Source: Octopus bimaculoides (Eukaryota). From it: a stretch of 64,000 bases of DNA. The translations under genes were made by a program, and so were the position numbers. The number at the start of each line of letters is the position of its first letter. Positions within the stretch are counted from its first letter, which is position 1. Of the stretch, positions 51,355 through 64,000 are shown in pieces. A model generated the notes under the pieces. It saw nothing but the letters and a program-made list of their open reading frames with translations. It was not told the origin of the DNA and ran no database searches. The DNA lies in contig NC_068984.1 of assembly GCF_001194135.2 (NCBI RefSeq), positions 30,273,172-30,337,171 of the forward strand. Direction: 5' to 3'.

Positions 51355-51912
51355 ACTATTATTATTATTGAGTGAGAGAGTAGTGCATGCAATCAAAGTG
51401 ACACTGGGGTAAAATATAAGCCCAGTATAATCATCATGACTACCTATCTGATAAGGGTACACCAAGCACATGCACTACAACCATATGTGCGCGATATGGC
51501 GATCTCATATCAAGATAAACAGCGCATGACCTTGCAGGTGGGGCCCAGTAAAAATGGTCTTCAATTGGAGTAGCTCATACCGCTCAAAAGATCTCTGAAT
51601 AAGGCTTATTTAAGGATGTTGAACAAAACATCCATGTTTCCAGAGGTGAATTATTCAAACTCCAAAGAAATTCCTCTCAGCACATGGCTATGATGCTCCC
51701 CCAACAACTTCTGCTTGTGATCAGAGATGCACATGTTGTCAGCCACCAAGGGACGTGCTCACTTGGTTATGGTCAAACAACTGTCAAACCAATTCGAGGT
51801 ATTGAGCAGAATATTTGTTGTAGACCATCTTTTATACCAAGACAAAACATATTCATGATAACACTTCCAATCATTTAAGTTGAGAAGCCATGAGGGCCAG
51901 TGCCTTGCTCTG
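51355..51912 (-). mobile_element. Unclassified retroposon 3' segment ending in (AAT)n
   Basis: GC-richer block between ATT tracts; the minus strand ends ctctcactcaataataata. Recognised as a cephalopod-type repeat; class uncertain. Confidence 0.45.
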
Positions 51913-51964
<52 letters not shown>

Positions 51965-52317
51965 ATTTATTATTATTTTCCTTCTTTCAATTTTGTTTCC
52001 ATTTCTTGCCGTGTGTATTGCCAATACATAGGGCAAAGAAACTCGCTATGTATATTGGTAGGCTATTAAAATAAACACACCAAATTGCTAATTTACAATG
52101 TCAAGTTATGTAATAGAAAAAAGAGAAGAATGAAAGAACGAAAGAAAGAAAGAATCAAAGAATAAGAAATAGAAAAAAATAAAGGGGAAAAAAAAGAAAG
52201 AAAATTCACAGCGACAATGCTCTTCTCAACACGTGTGACTTACCAGATAAAATGTGTGACTGGAGAGGAAATAAAGATAATAAGATATTTGGTGCCTATT
52301 ATAGAAAGGATTATTAT

Positions 52318-52807
52318 GAAAGGTGATGAGCTGGCAGAATTGTTAGTACGCTGGGCGAAATGCGTAGCGGTGTTTTTCCCGTCGCTACGCTCCGAGTTCA
52401 AATTCTGCGAAGTTGACTTTGCCTTTCATCCTTTCGGGGTCGACAAAATAAGTACCAGTGAAAAACTGGTGTCGATGTGGTCGACTATTCTCCTCCCTCA
52501 TATTTCAGGCCTTGTGCCTATAGCAGAAAAGTTTATTATTATGAAAGGCGGTGTGCTGGCAGAATCGTTAGCCCGCTGAGCAAAATGGTTCGGGATTTCG
52601 TCCATCTTTACGTTTTGAGTTCAAANNNNNNNNNNNNNNNNNNNNNNNNNNNNNNNNNNNNNNNNNNNNNNNNNNNNNNNNNNNNNNNNNNNNNNNNNNN
52701 NNNNNNNNNNNGTCGATAAATTAAATACCAGTGAAACACTGGGTCAATGCAATCGACTAGTACTCTTTTGCCAAATTTCATGCCTTGTGCCTATAATAGA
52801 AAAGATA

Positions 52808-52861
<54 letters not shown>

Positions 52862-53212
52862 AAGGCTGCGAGCTGGCAGAATCGTTAGCACGCTGGACAG
52901 AATGTTTAGCGGTATTTCGCCCAGCGCTACGTTCTGAGTTCAAATTCCCCGAGGTCATCCTTGCCTTTCATCCTTTCGGCGTCGATAAATTAAGTACCAG
53001 TGAAACACGGGGTTCGATGTAATCGACTTAATCCCCTCCCACAAGCTGCTCTTGTGGCAAAAATTTTAAATCATTATTATTGGTGCGGAGCTGGGCAAAA
53101 TATTTAGCAGTATTTCGTCCGTCGTTATATACTGAGTTCAAAGTCCGTTGCAATTGACTATCGACTATCCCCTCCCCCAAATTTCAGGCCTTGCGCCTAT
53201 TGTAATAAGGAG
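52318..53212 (+). mobile_element. Head-to-tail array of four SINE family A copies separated by (ATT)n
   Basis: Units begin at about 52318, 52545, 52862 and 53081; each has gctggcagaat..gagttcaaa..ccttgtgcctat motifs (the last is partly deleted). Confidence 0.9.
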
Positions 53213-55947
53213 TATTATTATTATCATTGTCTTCTTTTTTCAATTTTGTCTCCATTTCTTGCCGAGTGTCTTCCCAACACCTAGGGCAAAGAGACTCAAT
53301 TATTATTATCATAACTATTAGGCAGTTCTTCTTCTCCTCCCCCATCCTCATTATGCTATTAAGATGATGTTCCATGCTATTGAGTAATATAGTGAAGTTA
53401 AAAAATACTGTATGCAGAGTTTAGTACTGATAACTTATAACTTTTAGACTTATAAACCCAAAGAAGTTATCCTTTTAAAAAGTAGTTGAGCATCATCGTA
53501 TGTAAATAAGTGTGTGTGCGTGTGTTTGTGTGTGTGTGTCTTCATGTATTCATATGCAAATGAGTTATTTTTGTCAAAATACGAAAAAGCATATCTTGCA
53601 ATATAGTTTTGTATTACAACCTGTCAATCCCATCATCATGCAAAGCAGCAAAATTCTATATATATGCACAGATACACATGCATATATATACATAATAATA
53701 ATAATAATAAATGAAAATAATAAAGTAAGAATGAAGAAGATCAATAATTTATAATCAGAATATTTGTAATCAGAACTCCCCTGAACCTAGCAGAATCTCT
53801 AAGAGAAGAGATAGGCATAGCTCAGCTAACATAGTACAGTAGAATGGACATGAATTCTAAAGCAATGAGAAAATTTGACAGTGAGCAGATGGCAAGCCAT
53901 GCAGAAAGTGAGATAAACTCAGGGACATAAGGGACACTGTTAGCAATTGATCTACTAGCTAAGATCTTAGATGTCAGAATTATATCTGACCAGCAGAGAT
54001 AGCATGCATTATTTAGTGAGACAGCCACATACAAATATACAAAGATTGTGCAAGCTGACGCAAATATAATATCAACTAATCAATGAATAGAGAGCATGAT
54101 GCTATCCTAGCGTTCAGTGGCAGTACTTTGTATCGGCCCACCCATCTACGTACAAAAGGAACAGTAGCGGAATGGCTTCTGTTAATGGATACAACTGTCA
54201 AAATGTGTTTTGTAAAATATATCAGTCCCGCCCATACTCTTATTTTCACCTTTCTTTAAAATCTCACTTGCTGATTCTACGGGGAATTCTTTATTTGTAG
54301 AATATCTTTGCTGTGGATCGATTCTGAACAATGAAGGAAGAAAATGCAGTTTTTATTTTGTTAAGAACATGATCAGAATTTTACACTAGATTTAAGAAGC
54401 TGGCAAACTGTGATATGACTGTTTCGATTATTAGTCAGAAAAATGTTATATCATTTTTATGATTAATACCTTTGTCACATTACAAAATTCCTGGGAATAG
54501 ATTCTGATGAATATTATTATTTCGAAAATAGGTAGTATGGTAAAGTTTACTTCACTAACTTAAAGCTGAAAGTGATCACAGATACCTGAGTAGAGATTCT
54601 GGTCGAATATTTGGTCGTTCTGAGTCCTGTTACTTGTGTCAGTACTACATGCGATTCTCTTGAACTCAGGTCTTTACTGCGAAAGAACAATAGCGAGGAA
54701 AGAAATTATTTAATAGGAAATAAATGAAAGAGAAAATTACAGATACGTTTTCTGCAAAGTCAGGACACAGCTCAATGTCACTCAGATCTCGACCAAGAAA
54801 ACCTCTCTGCACATTTGTACTATCGTCAGTCACAGCCTTTGCAGAATTTGCTCATCAAAAGAAAAAGAAAGCATCATGATTATACCAGTTCCCGGGTTTA
54901 GAGTACTTACTTGAGCAAAATCATCTGTATGTTTGTATATTTGTATTCACTCATGATTATGCAGACCCCCAAAATAAATATATACACGCGTATCGATATA
55001 GGTGATTGCTGCCACTACTCGTTTAAACCTTGGCTAATTCTGATTGAGCGAATTTTTTCACACGCATACATACATACACACACAAACAGTGCAGGTGGCA
55101 CGAGAAAAGCACCCAGTCTACGTTGTAGAGTGGTTGGCGTTAGGAAGAGCATCCTGCTGTTGAAATATTGCTAAAACAAATGTTAGAGCTCGATGCAGTC
55201 CTTGGACATATTGGATTCTGTCAAACTGTCCAAACTATACCAGCATGGAACACGGACTTATTATTATTATTATTATATTATTATGTATAAGGTTTTGGGA
55301 AGAGCGGACTACATCAAGATTGAAACTTAAGAATTAGATTCGGGGAAAAACAAAGCCTTAACAACAAAATGTAACCACTGTACATAATAAAACGGAAATG
55401 TGATTAAGATTGATTTTAGCTGTTCTGATGAAGATAAAGTGGGCTTATGTATATAATAGATTTTAAAAGTCATAACACTGTCCTAATGGGAGGGAAGATC
55501 ATGAATAGTGAATGAATTTATTCTGGAAAAACTGTATCATTGATGAAAAAAACTGTTAATAGTGATGGTAGTATTGACATAGAACCAAGACGAGTCATAG
55601 TTTTGTCAAACACCTCTCATTTAACTTCATTATCCATAGCGTCAGAAATGCTACGAAATCATCACTCTTATAACCACCACCTCCATCACTACCACCACCA
55701 CCACCACCACTTCTGCTCCTTCTTTTCTTTGTTAGCCTCATCTTCCTTGTCACTGTCAGTGGCAGCAGTATCAGCATTGTTCTCGTGATCAACATCATTA
55801 TTGCATATTGCTGTGATGACTGTACTGTAAAGATGATCTTCATACATCATCGTCACCTTCTTCATCATCTAGATCACCGTCGTTATCACGAGGAAAGAAG
55901 TGTTTCTCACACCTTTTATTGAACATTCTGTTTGGAAATGTAAACAG

Positions 55948-55990
<43 letters not shown>

Positions 55991-56417
55991 NNNNNNNNNN
56001 NNNNNNNNNNNNNNNNNNNNNNNNNNNNNNNNNNNNNNNNNNNNNNNNNNNNNNNNNNNNNNNNNNNNNNNNNNNNNNNNNNNNNNNNNNTATATATATA
56101 TATATATATAATTTAGAGACACCTGAAGCTGACTGTAATTGACACTGCTAGTTCTTAGACAGTTGGAGAAGATTGATGCTTTTGGAGAAGAGAGAATGGA
56201 AACGGTAGTAGATGATCAATTGAAGCTAAACTAAAATAAAAATAACACAGCTAGAAATGTTTGCTTTCCTCAGCTTTTACATGCAACCAGTTTACAAGAG
56301 GCTGTTATGGCAAAATGGAACCGCTGAGCCACTTCCATAGTAACAATGCAATACCAATAACTCTTAATAGTTTCGAAGATTGACAAATGCTAGCACATAA
56401 TTGCGGGTGCACGCGCG

Positions 56418-56448
<31 letters not shown>

Positions 56449-57224
56449 ATTGACACGCATTTGTGCATGTTTCCGTCATAAATACATAAATATGCTTTAG
56501 CTACGTAGAATGAATAAATTGTTATTCGATGAGTAGTAACCCCAAAATAAATATCTAATAGACCAGAAACGCTCAACAGTACACAGAAACTTAAAATAGG
56601 ACTAGAAGTCGAACTAGAAGGTAAAAAAATAGGGTGGGGAAGAAAATTAGGAAGAAGTCTTTAGTTTCGTAAATATTAACGCTATATGGTAAATGTTGAT
56701 ATTCTCAGAAGATTGATCTTCTGTACATGTCAGTGACTTTTATTTAGTCAAGAACAAAGGTTCTGAATCCATTTTGGCGAAAGGCCCCCTTTTGACCCTT
56801 GGAGTCACAAATTGTCCCCCTAGAAAATATTTTAATTTTTCAATTTACCACTTATTTTGATATCAGCAGATAATGATTGAAAATAAAGGACATCGTTTAC
56901 ATATGCGCTTGTACGCGGCCGGGAGTACTGATGTACAAACTGAAATGAAAAAAAACAACGAAAAACACGATATAATGAATTGAAAGTTTGGTAATTGCGT
57001 TTATTTCTACCACGTGACACTTCTGACATCAACGTGGGAGTTTCACTTCAGTGACACCAACTACCCATGGTACCAGGAATTTGCTTGGTGTCTCTAAAGC
57101 TGAAAAAGTGTTTTAAGTTTTTGAAAATTTGAAACAAAAAGACATATTTTTTTAAAACTGACTGTCACAGAGATGTGAATATATGGCTACTATTCGTTAA
57201 TTTCAAATTAAACTTACCAAAGTT

Positions 57225-57313
57225 GAGGGTCTTCCAGCGCCCCCTAGCGCCCCAAGTCATTTAACGCCCCCTAGTGTCCCTTTGTTCCAAATCGCCCACC
57301 CTATTGAGAACCT
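57225..57313. mobile_element. hAT/Charlie-like MITE end fragment carrying two CTCF-like motifs
   Basis: atcgcccac..ttgagaacc resembles a Charlie-type terminus; ccagcgccccctagcg (57234-57249) and cgccccctagtg (57265-57276). Confidence 0.45.
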
Positions 57314-57533
57314 TTCTACAATCACAAACCCTATTCAGCTGAAGAATTTTCTTGTAATCCACTTTATTAAAACTCAATAGTTACTGAAAGAATCTAAATG
57401 TGTGTGATTATTTTAAGCAAAACATTACAAATAAATTAAAATGTTTGGTTCATGATAAAAAAAAAATACCACAGAAGGCTTTCTTTAATGACTAAAATAA
57501 ATTGTACGATAGAGCATAATGTATACTAAAAGC

Positions 57534-57954
57534 CAATGATTCCCAATGTGGGGCATATTCCCCACTGGTGGTATCTGGGAGAATTGTGGTGGGGCACTGG
57601 ATCCAAATTTTCTATTTTTTTTTAGTGGGACATGGAATTATGAAAATGTTTCTTTCGCAGCAAACATAGTACAACTCTACTCAGCCTAGCCAAACAAATG
57701 ACCAAGCATACTGCGTGAAGACAGTCTGCTACAGGATAGCACTATTTTATTGCCCCAGTGAGGATATTCCTTTAAGAAATGTATATAATCATGAGAAGTC
57801 AATACTCAGTACTTAATAGAAGGCTTACCAATAGATTCTTTTGTATTAAATGAATATTAAAAATAAAGTCGTTTCTAACCAACCATCGGTGGGGCATACA
57901 TTTTTTGGGGAAAGTTATAGTGGGGCCTGGGTGAAAATAGGATGGGAAACACTA
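57534..57954. mobile_element. hAT-like MITE
   Basis: Imperfect TIRs caatgattccca / tgggaaacacta; 8-bp flanks ctaaaagc / ctctaagc (6 of 8 identical). Confidence 0.5.
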
Positions 57955-60900
57955 CTCTAAGCAGTTTCAGCATTTTCTCTTTATTTCTTTAAAGATAAAA
58001 ATACAGATTCACATAAATAAGTATATGGAAAGAAATAGTTGAAGACCTGCCAATACCAATTCAGATAATTTAAGATACTGACTACACACAGGCACACCCA
58101 CCAAAAAAAAATAAATAAATAAAGATACTTAAGTTTGCTTTTGAATGTTCAAGCTTGAATCTTGAATCATACAACATCTCTTCAAACTCTTATTGAATAA
58201 TTAAAATAATGATGTTTCTCTTGTTACAAGAAATGGGATTTGAACTCAGTTCAATTTACAACTGTTTATGTCTTGTAGAAAATATTTGCGGAAGTGTTTT
58301 ACCATACATGACAAATACTTGATATGGTCGGTTTAATCGAATTGAAGTCCTTATTTTTCGATATCAAAATAATCAGAAATAAAAGAGAAACATTTCAAAT
58401 TTATAGTTTCTTATTGCATATTTCCATTTATTTGTTTATGCATTTATTTATTGTTTCCATGAAGACTTTAGTTTACTTTTCACTTTTAAAATATTTGTAT
58501 TCTGCCCTTGCATCAACGTAATAACTTCATTAAGCTTAACAAATATGTGTGACAATTAGCATAATTTGCAAAGCCAATTGTCATCATTAATTAATTCTGC
58601 AAGATTTCACTTCGTTATAAAAATAACATTACGTTTTTTTTTTCAGTCTACCAGCTTTTCCTTCTACTGTACGAAATAAAAGTTTGTTGAACTGATATTG
58701 ATATTCCGTAATAGATGTGCGGATTAACGGCTCAACTTCCAAGAAAGTAGAAGATTTAATCTGCATATTTTCGGACTTTTTTGTAAATAACTTTTAAACC
58801 AGTAATTGTTTCAATTAAGAATGCACGAATTAATTGAATGTTATTCGAGCCCTACTTTCAGGCAGTGTTATAGAAGCCTCACTTTCAGGTTTAACGTAAA
58901 CTTGAGATCCTACGTCTTCCCTGTCATTTCTGCTGCATCATCGATATACAATGTTATTCCAGTCTAGACTTGATTAAGTAAAACAAAATGTCTAGTTTCA
59001 GGGAAACATCTCCATCTGTCCTATGTCCATATCATGATCAACATAACAGTAAATATTTTTGTTGTTTTCAGACGAATATGTAACAACTAGCAATAGTAGA
59101 AACGGAACTGCAATTGCATTGAGTCATTGAATTGAATGCAAAGTCAGTTATTTTTAATGATTTCAATAAAGTGTATAACTTAGTTATTGCTAATTTCTGC
59201 AATTATTTTACGAAATAATTGACAATGAAACTGTCGTCTTCATGGGCCATTACGTGAATAAATTCTGTATTTCTACCGATCACACTGGAAACACAGATTC
59301 TTTGTGAATCATTTATATACTCTTAGCTCTTGTATGAGGACGGTATGATGGTCATATTTTTCCTGATTCGCTGTTTTTCTATGTTCAAAAATTTCAATAA
59401 TCTTTGAAAAATAATAGCAAAGATTTGCATGGATAAAGAGTTTTTGATACGAAATATTCGTTACCAGATTAGAAAAGTTGCTGGTGCTCTTTTACCAAAG
59501 AGCAAAAGTAAATACATATTACAAAAACCACATCTTTATTCAGTGTTAGTATTCAGCTTCTCAATTTCATTACTTTCCGATTAAGTGATTAATTTAGATT
59601 CTGCAGGACGTATTAGAGCATATTCTGCCACATTGTTTAACAAACCTGACCGTTATATTTATTTATGAGGATGTAGAATTTTCGGCTCTTGATAATAAAA
59701 AGTTCTGTAATTTTTGGAAATAAAAATACAAAACAAAAACAAACAATAGCTAATAATATTTGCTCAAGAAGAATTTATAAATATCAAAAGTAATAAATTC
59801 AAAATTGAAGTATTTGAAAGCTTCCTTGTTTTTACGTTTATTGAATTAATTTAATGATCTAAAGTTACTCTGGAAAATTGGAAAAAACTACGTTATTATT
59901 TCAATTAACTTAGCAAGCATCTAGTATTGCGACATAGTTCACTGCTTATGTATAACACATATACAGATCAAGAATTAAAATGAGACATAGCAATTACACC
60001 ATTTACAAAAACCTTTCTTTCTCTTAGATTGTAAATACATAACTGAAAGTGATATAAACGGTACCAAATGTCAAAAACGTAGTATTAAATAAAGTACAAT
60101 GCATCATAAAATATAGAATTAAAGTTCACTACACTAAACTAACAAGTATTGATAACAATATATATATATATATATAAACAACTGGTTTGTAAATAATTTT
60201 AGTTGCACTATTCATAAAAGAGTATACAATATATGATAACCATTACGTAGATGCTTTTCTCACTAAAATACAAGAATTGAACGAAAGCTAACTACCTGTT
60301 ACTCCATTTTTGTTCAGTCTTCTCATCCTCATATCTAATATTTTAAACAAATTTTCTTGCTTTTTTATGTATGTATGTATGTATGTATGTATGTATATAT
60401 ATATGTATGTATGTATGTATGAATGAATGAATGAATGAATGACACAACAATCGGAACATAGATATTCTATAAAGGTAGCATAAATGAAATAGTAGAACAT
60501 AATATACTATAAGTCGTTCAAATCATCCTGCTCAACATTATTCTGTGAAACCACATTGTAGATATTCGAACAGAAACAAACTTTTTGCCAGTCTCCTCTC
60601 TTCTTGAGATTTTTCATTCAACAGCCATTGGCAAACTATATTATATAATATTCTCTATTACTCCTAACTATACTTTAGTCATAGTCTCACTGCAACAAAA
60701 TAATTTCTTCTAGTTTCAATGCAGATACGTTATCTGATTTTCTCTTGACACATGATCATGTACATGACTGCATCGCATCCACGAAAATTCATGTGTATTT
60801 ATTTTCTGCGGCATAAATTGTCTAGTCAAATTAAATGTTCATAAAATTCGAAGTTTGTTTATGTAAGCATTGCTTTCAACGATCTTTTAAATAAAAATTA

Positions 60901-61832
60901 GTTATATTCCACATTGAATTATGTCTTGTTTCAAATTTGAATTTACAAAATGTCCTATATCATAATCATTTCGTTATTTTACCAACAAGATTAGAAGATA
61001 TCAGTTTTTTTATAAGCATGTAAGTAATGAAAAGAAAAAATTATATATATTGCATTTTTGCTTTAATTTCTCCACAATTTAATTTCTTATGCTTTACTTA
61101 TCATTTGTCTATCAAAGAAAACCTTATTGGAAAAGAACTTGCAATACTCAAAATAGCATTAGGCATCGGATGAATTAATTGCACACAAAGCTGCTACTTT
61201 CAAGCTTTAAACTTTAAGTCTCGAAGAGTAGAAGTGATTTCTACTTCACTGATTAACACCTGGGCAGCGTTTGAAATAAAAGTATTATTCTTCTATACAT
61301 ACATATTCTTTGGGACGTCACTAAATCACAGAAAACTGAAAATTACAAAATGAGTCTTTTTATTAATGTTGGAAAACAAAGCAATGTTTAAGAGACTCAG
61401 CTTGTTTTATAAGTGAGTGATAACAAATGCGAATATAGAAATATATCAAGTTTACACAGGTGTTAACATTTTATGCAAAAGAAATACCTTATTGAAAAGT
61501 TATTGGTAACTAAATATTGAAAGAGAAACTGAAATAAATTTATATTGGCAAAAAAATAAAAACAGTAACTGAAAAAAATTCAAAGTAGTGGAATGATGTA
61601 AAAAAAAAATGGAATTGCACACATAGTGTATTCATTCACAAAAGTACATACATAAACATACACACATATAAACTTATAAATATCCAGGTCACACCTATGA
61701 CTACCCACAAATACTTAAACCTTCATATATGTGTGTACATCCAATCACATGCACGCGCACACATATATTGAGACAGATAGATAAATAGATGGATATGCAT
61801 ACAAGCAAATATGTACATATATACATACAAAC

Positions 61833-61919
<87 letters not shown>

Positions 61920-63948
61920 NNNNNNNNNNNNNNNNNNNNNNNNNNNTGGAAAGTGTTTGAGTGTCACCATGAAGAAGAAGTAGATAAAAAAAAACAAAAC
62001 AAAGAAAACAATATCTATTAAATGAAGGCTGTTTATGAGAGCATTCATTGATATTTTATTTGCTCCACTCCGTATTATGTTACAAACACTTCAAATTAAA
62101 TAGCAGTGGCTGAGATATGCGTTTCACTCAGTGCTTCAATAAAAAAGCACTTTACAATGGTATTCCCAGCAAAAACCAATACCACATAACTTCTGGCACC
62201 ATGCAAGCCAAAACGTTTGGCAAACAAACAGGATACTGATGTTGTTATGTAAACAACTTTAATGTATGAATATATGGCAAGGTTTTAGTTAAATTGGCTT
62301 TAAGTAACTAGCTTTCACAACGATATATTATATATGTGTTTGTGTATACTTGCGTACGTATTTATGCATGCACACAAACATACGAAGAAAACAGTGAGTT
62401 TCTATGAGATGATGTGTAGTAATAGATACTGCATATCACTGGTTGGGGAAAGTTCCACTAGGCTAGAAGGTAACATGAGAGCGAACGGTTCTGTCAACAG
62501 AACCATAAAACCTGAGAGATGGGCCTCGAAAGGATTAAAGGTGTTGAGCAATGAAAAAATTCAGACAGCAACAAGGGTTTACAATTTACACAAGCTCCAT
62601 ATGACATCATTTAGGAGTCTGGCGCCAGTGTTTTGGTGCACTTTTGCTTGTTCATTGACAAACATCACGTGGTCATATATGTGTGTGTGTGTGTGCTTAT
62701 ATGCATTTATTTGCACATCGTTTTGTTCTATTCATTTCATAACCAGTGGCATCAGCAATAGTAACAGCAATAACAATGGTCGTAGTAGTAGCTGAGGTAA
62801 TAGAAGCTGTAATGGCTTCTAGTATAGAAAGCAGAAAGCATCCTGAGTCAATGAGAAAATATTAACTAAAGCCAAACTACACAATAAGCACAGAAGCAAC
62901 AGTAAAATATGTGGGGTAACTAATTGCGGTAGTATACGTTTAAATCTGTCAGAAGGATTAGATATCCATTTCAAATAAGGTCAATTAAAAAAAAACAGTT
63001 GAAAGCCTAATTTATGCAATGATATTTTCAGAATATGTAGAAAACTATATGGGAGCAAATGTGGTGTGCTGTTCTAATGACAATACAACATTTCGAACAC
63101 CAAAGTACAAACGAATTGGACTCTGTGCACATAGTAAACGCATGTGCTAATAAAAGAAACAAACTTTCTCATCCTATTGATTAAATTTTTTTCGAAATTA
63201 TTCAGATTCCAATTAGGAGGCAAGTTCTTACAAGATCTAAATTAATTAAAGAAAATTTGAAGGGTACATTTGAAGTAAGCTTTCCACCTCATACAGCAAA
63301 TCAATTCATTGGTGCTGTGAATTAGTAGACTCATTTATTTTTACTCATTAAAGGGATAACTTAAAGCGACAGGTTCAACTTAAGTGTTTTTATCCTGATG
63401 ACTTAGTGTCCTTAAGAACAGGAACAAAGCAATAGATAGGTACAATTCAAAGATCAAAGCATAAGAAGTGTAAGATTTAAGCATTTAGGCAGCTAGTATA
63501 AATGACAGAAAGTGGGCAATATACAATAAGATACATTTATTAACAATATAAGTTACACACTGCTTCCCAATCGAATTTAAAAGGAATTTCGATAAGCTGA
63601 TTGACTCTATACAACTCATAGTATAGCAACCAACGCTACTAAGAATGTGAATAAAAGTTCAAAAGATAAGGAGTGGAAAAAAATGCCAGACAACAATTTA
63701 TCCCCACTTAAACGTGGATGTTCTGTTAGAACAAACCATACTGTAGTAGATACCATGAGAGAAACTCTCATATTGGCTGTTGGTGCAAAATACACTCTTG
63801 TTTATATATCACTAGCAGAGAGATAATTCCCTGCGATCTCCAATACCAAGGCCACCAGATCACGTGATTTCGACCTTCCTCAGTTTTGTCAATGATTTAT
63901 GCTCGACCGCAAGAGACAGCAGTGACTCATCTCCCCAAAATATGTCTG

Positions 63949-64000
<52 letters not shown>

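Noticed and set aside
63853-63885. Minus-strand CTGAGGA..GAAA with palindromic ATCACGTGAT-C
   Set aside because: Only 5 nt lie between the core halves, so no stem II can form, and stem I does not pair.

Overview
AT-rich, microsatellite-saturated animal DNA with seven N-gaps. The SINE families, (GAT)n/(AAT)n tails and Dong/R4 remnants look like coleoid cephalopod (Octopus-type) repeats; this is recognition, not a database result. I can support no intact protein-coding gene, and almost every ORF in the supplied track is a microsatellite, N-gap or antisense artefact. The window holds decayed Dong/R4 RLE-LINEs, three Tc1/mariner remnants, piggyBac-like and hAT-like MITEs, a 469-bp foldback element and dozens of SINEs. 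The most interesting signal is a set of at least five sequence-unrelated, ORF-less mini-elements with Penelope-like architecture (inverted or tandem terminal repeats, 11-16 bp TSDs, ~33-34 bp 3' tails). Each carries a type I hammerhead-ribozyme fold. These include a near-intact canonical core (10560-10621), one with a ~79-nt stem II (13935-14040), a G3-C8 base-pair-swapped core (33028-33078, minus) and a family-level A6U variant. A CpG-retaining promoter-like patch with an RFX X-box, an ETS site and three PAR-bZIP-like sites (48089-48262) lies near an apparent switch from CpG-depleted to CpG-retaining DNA.
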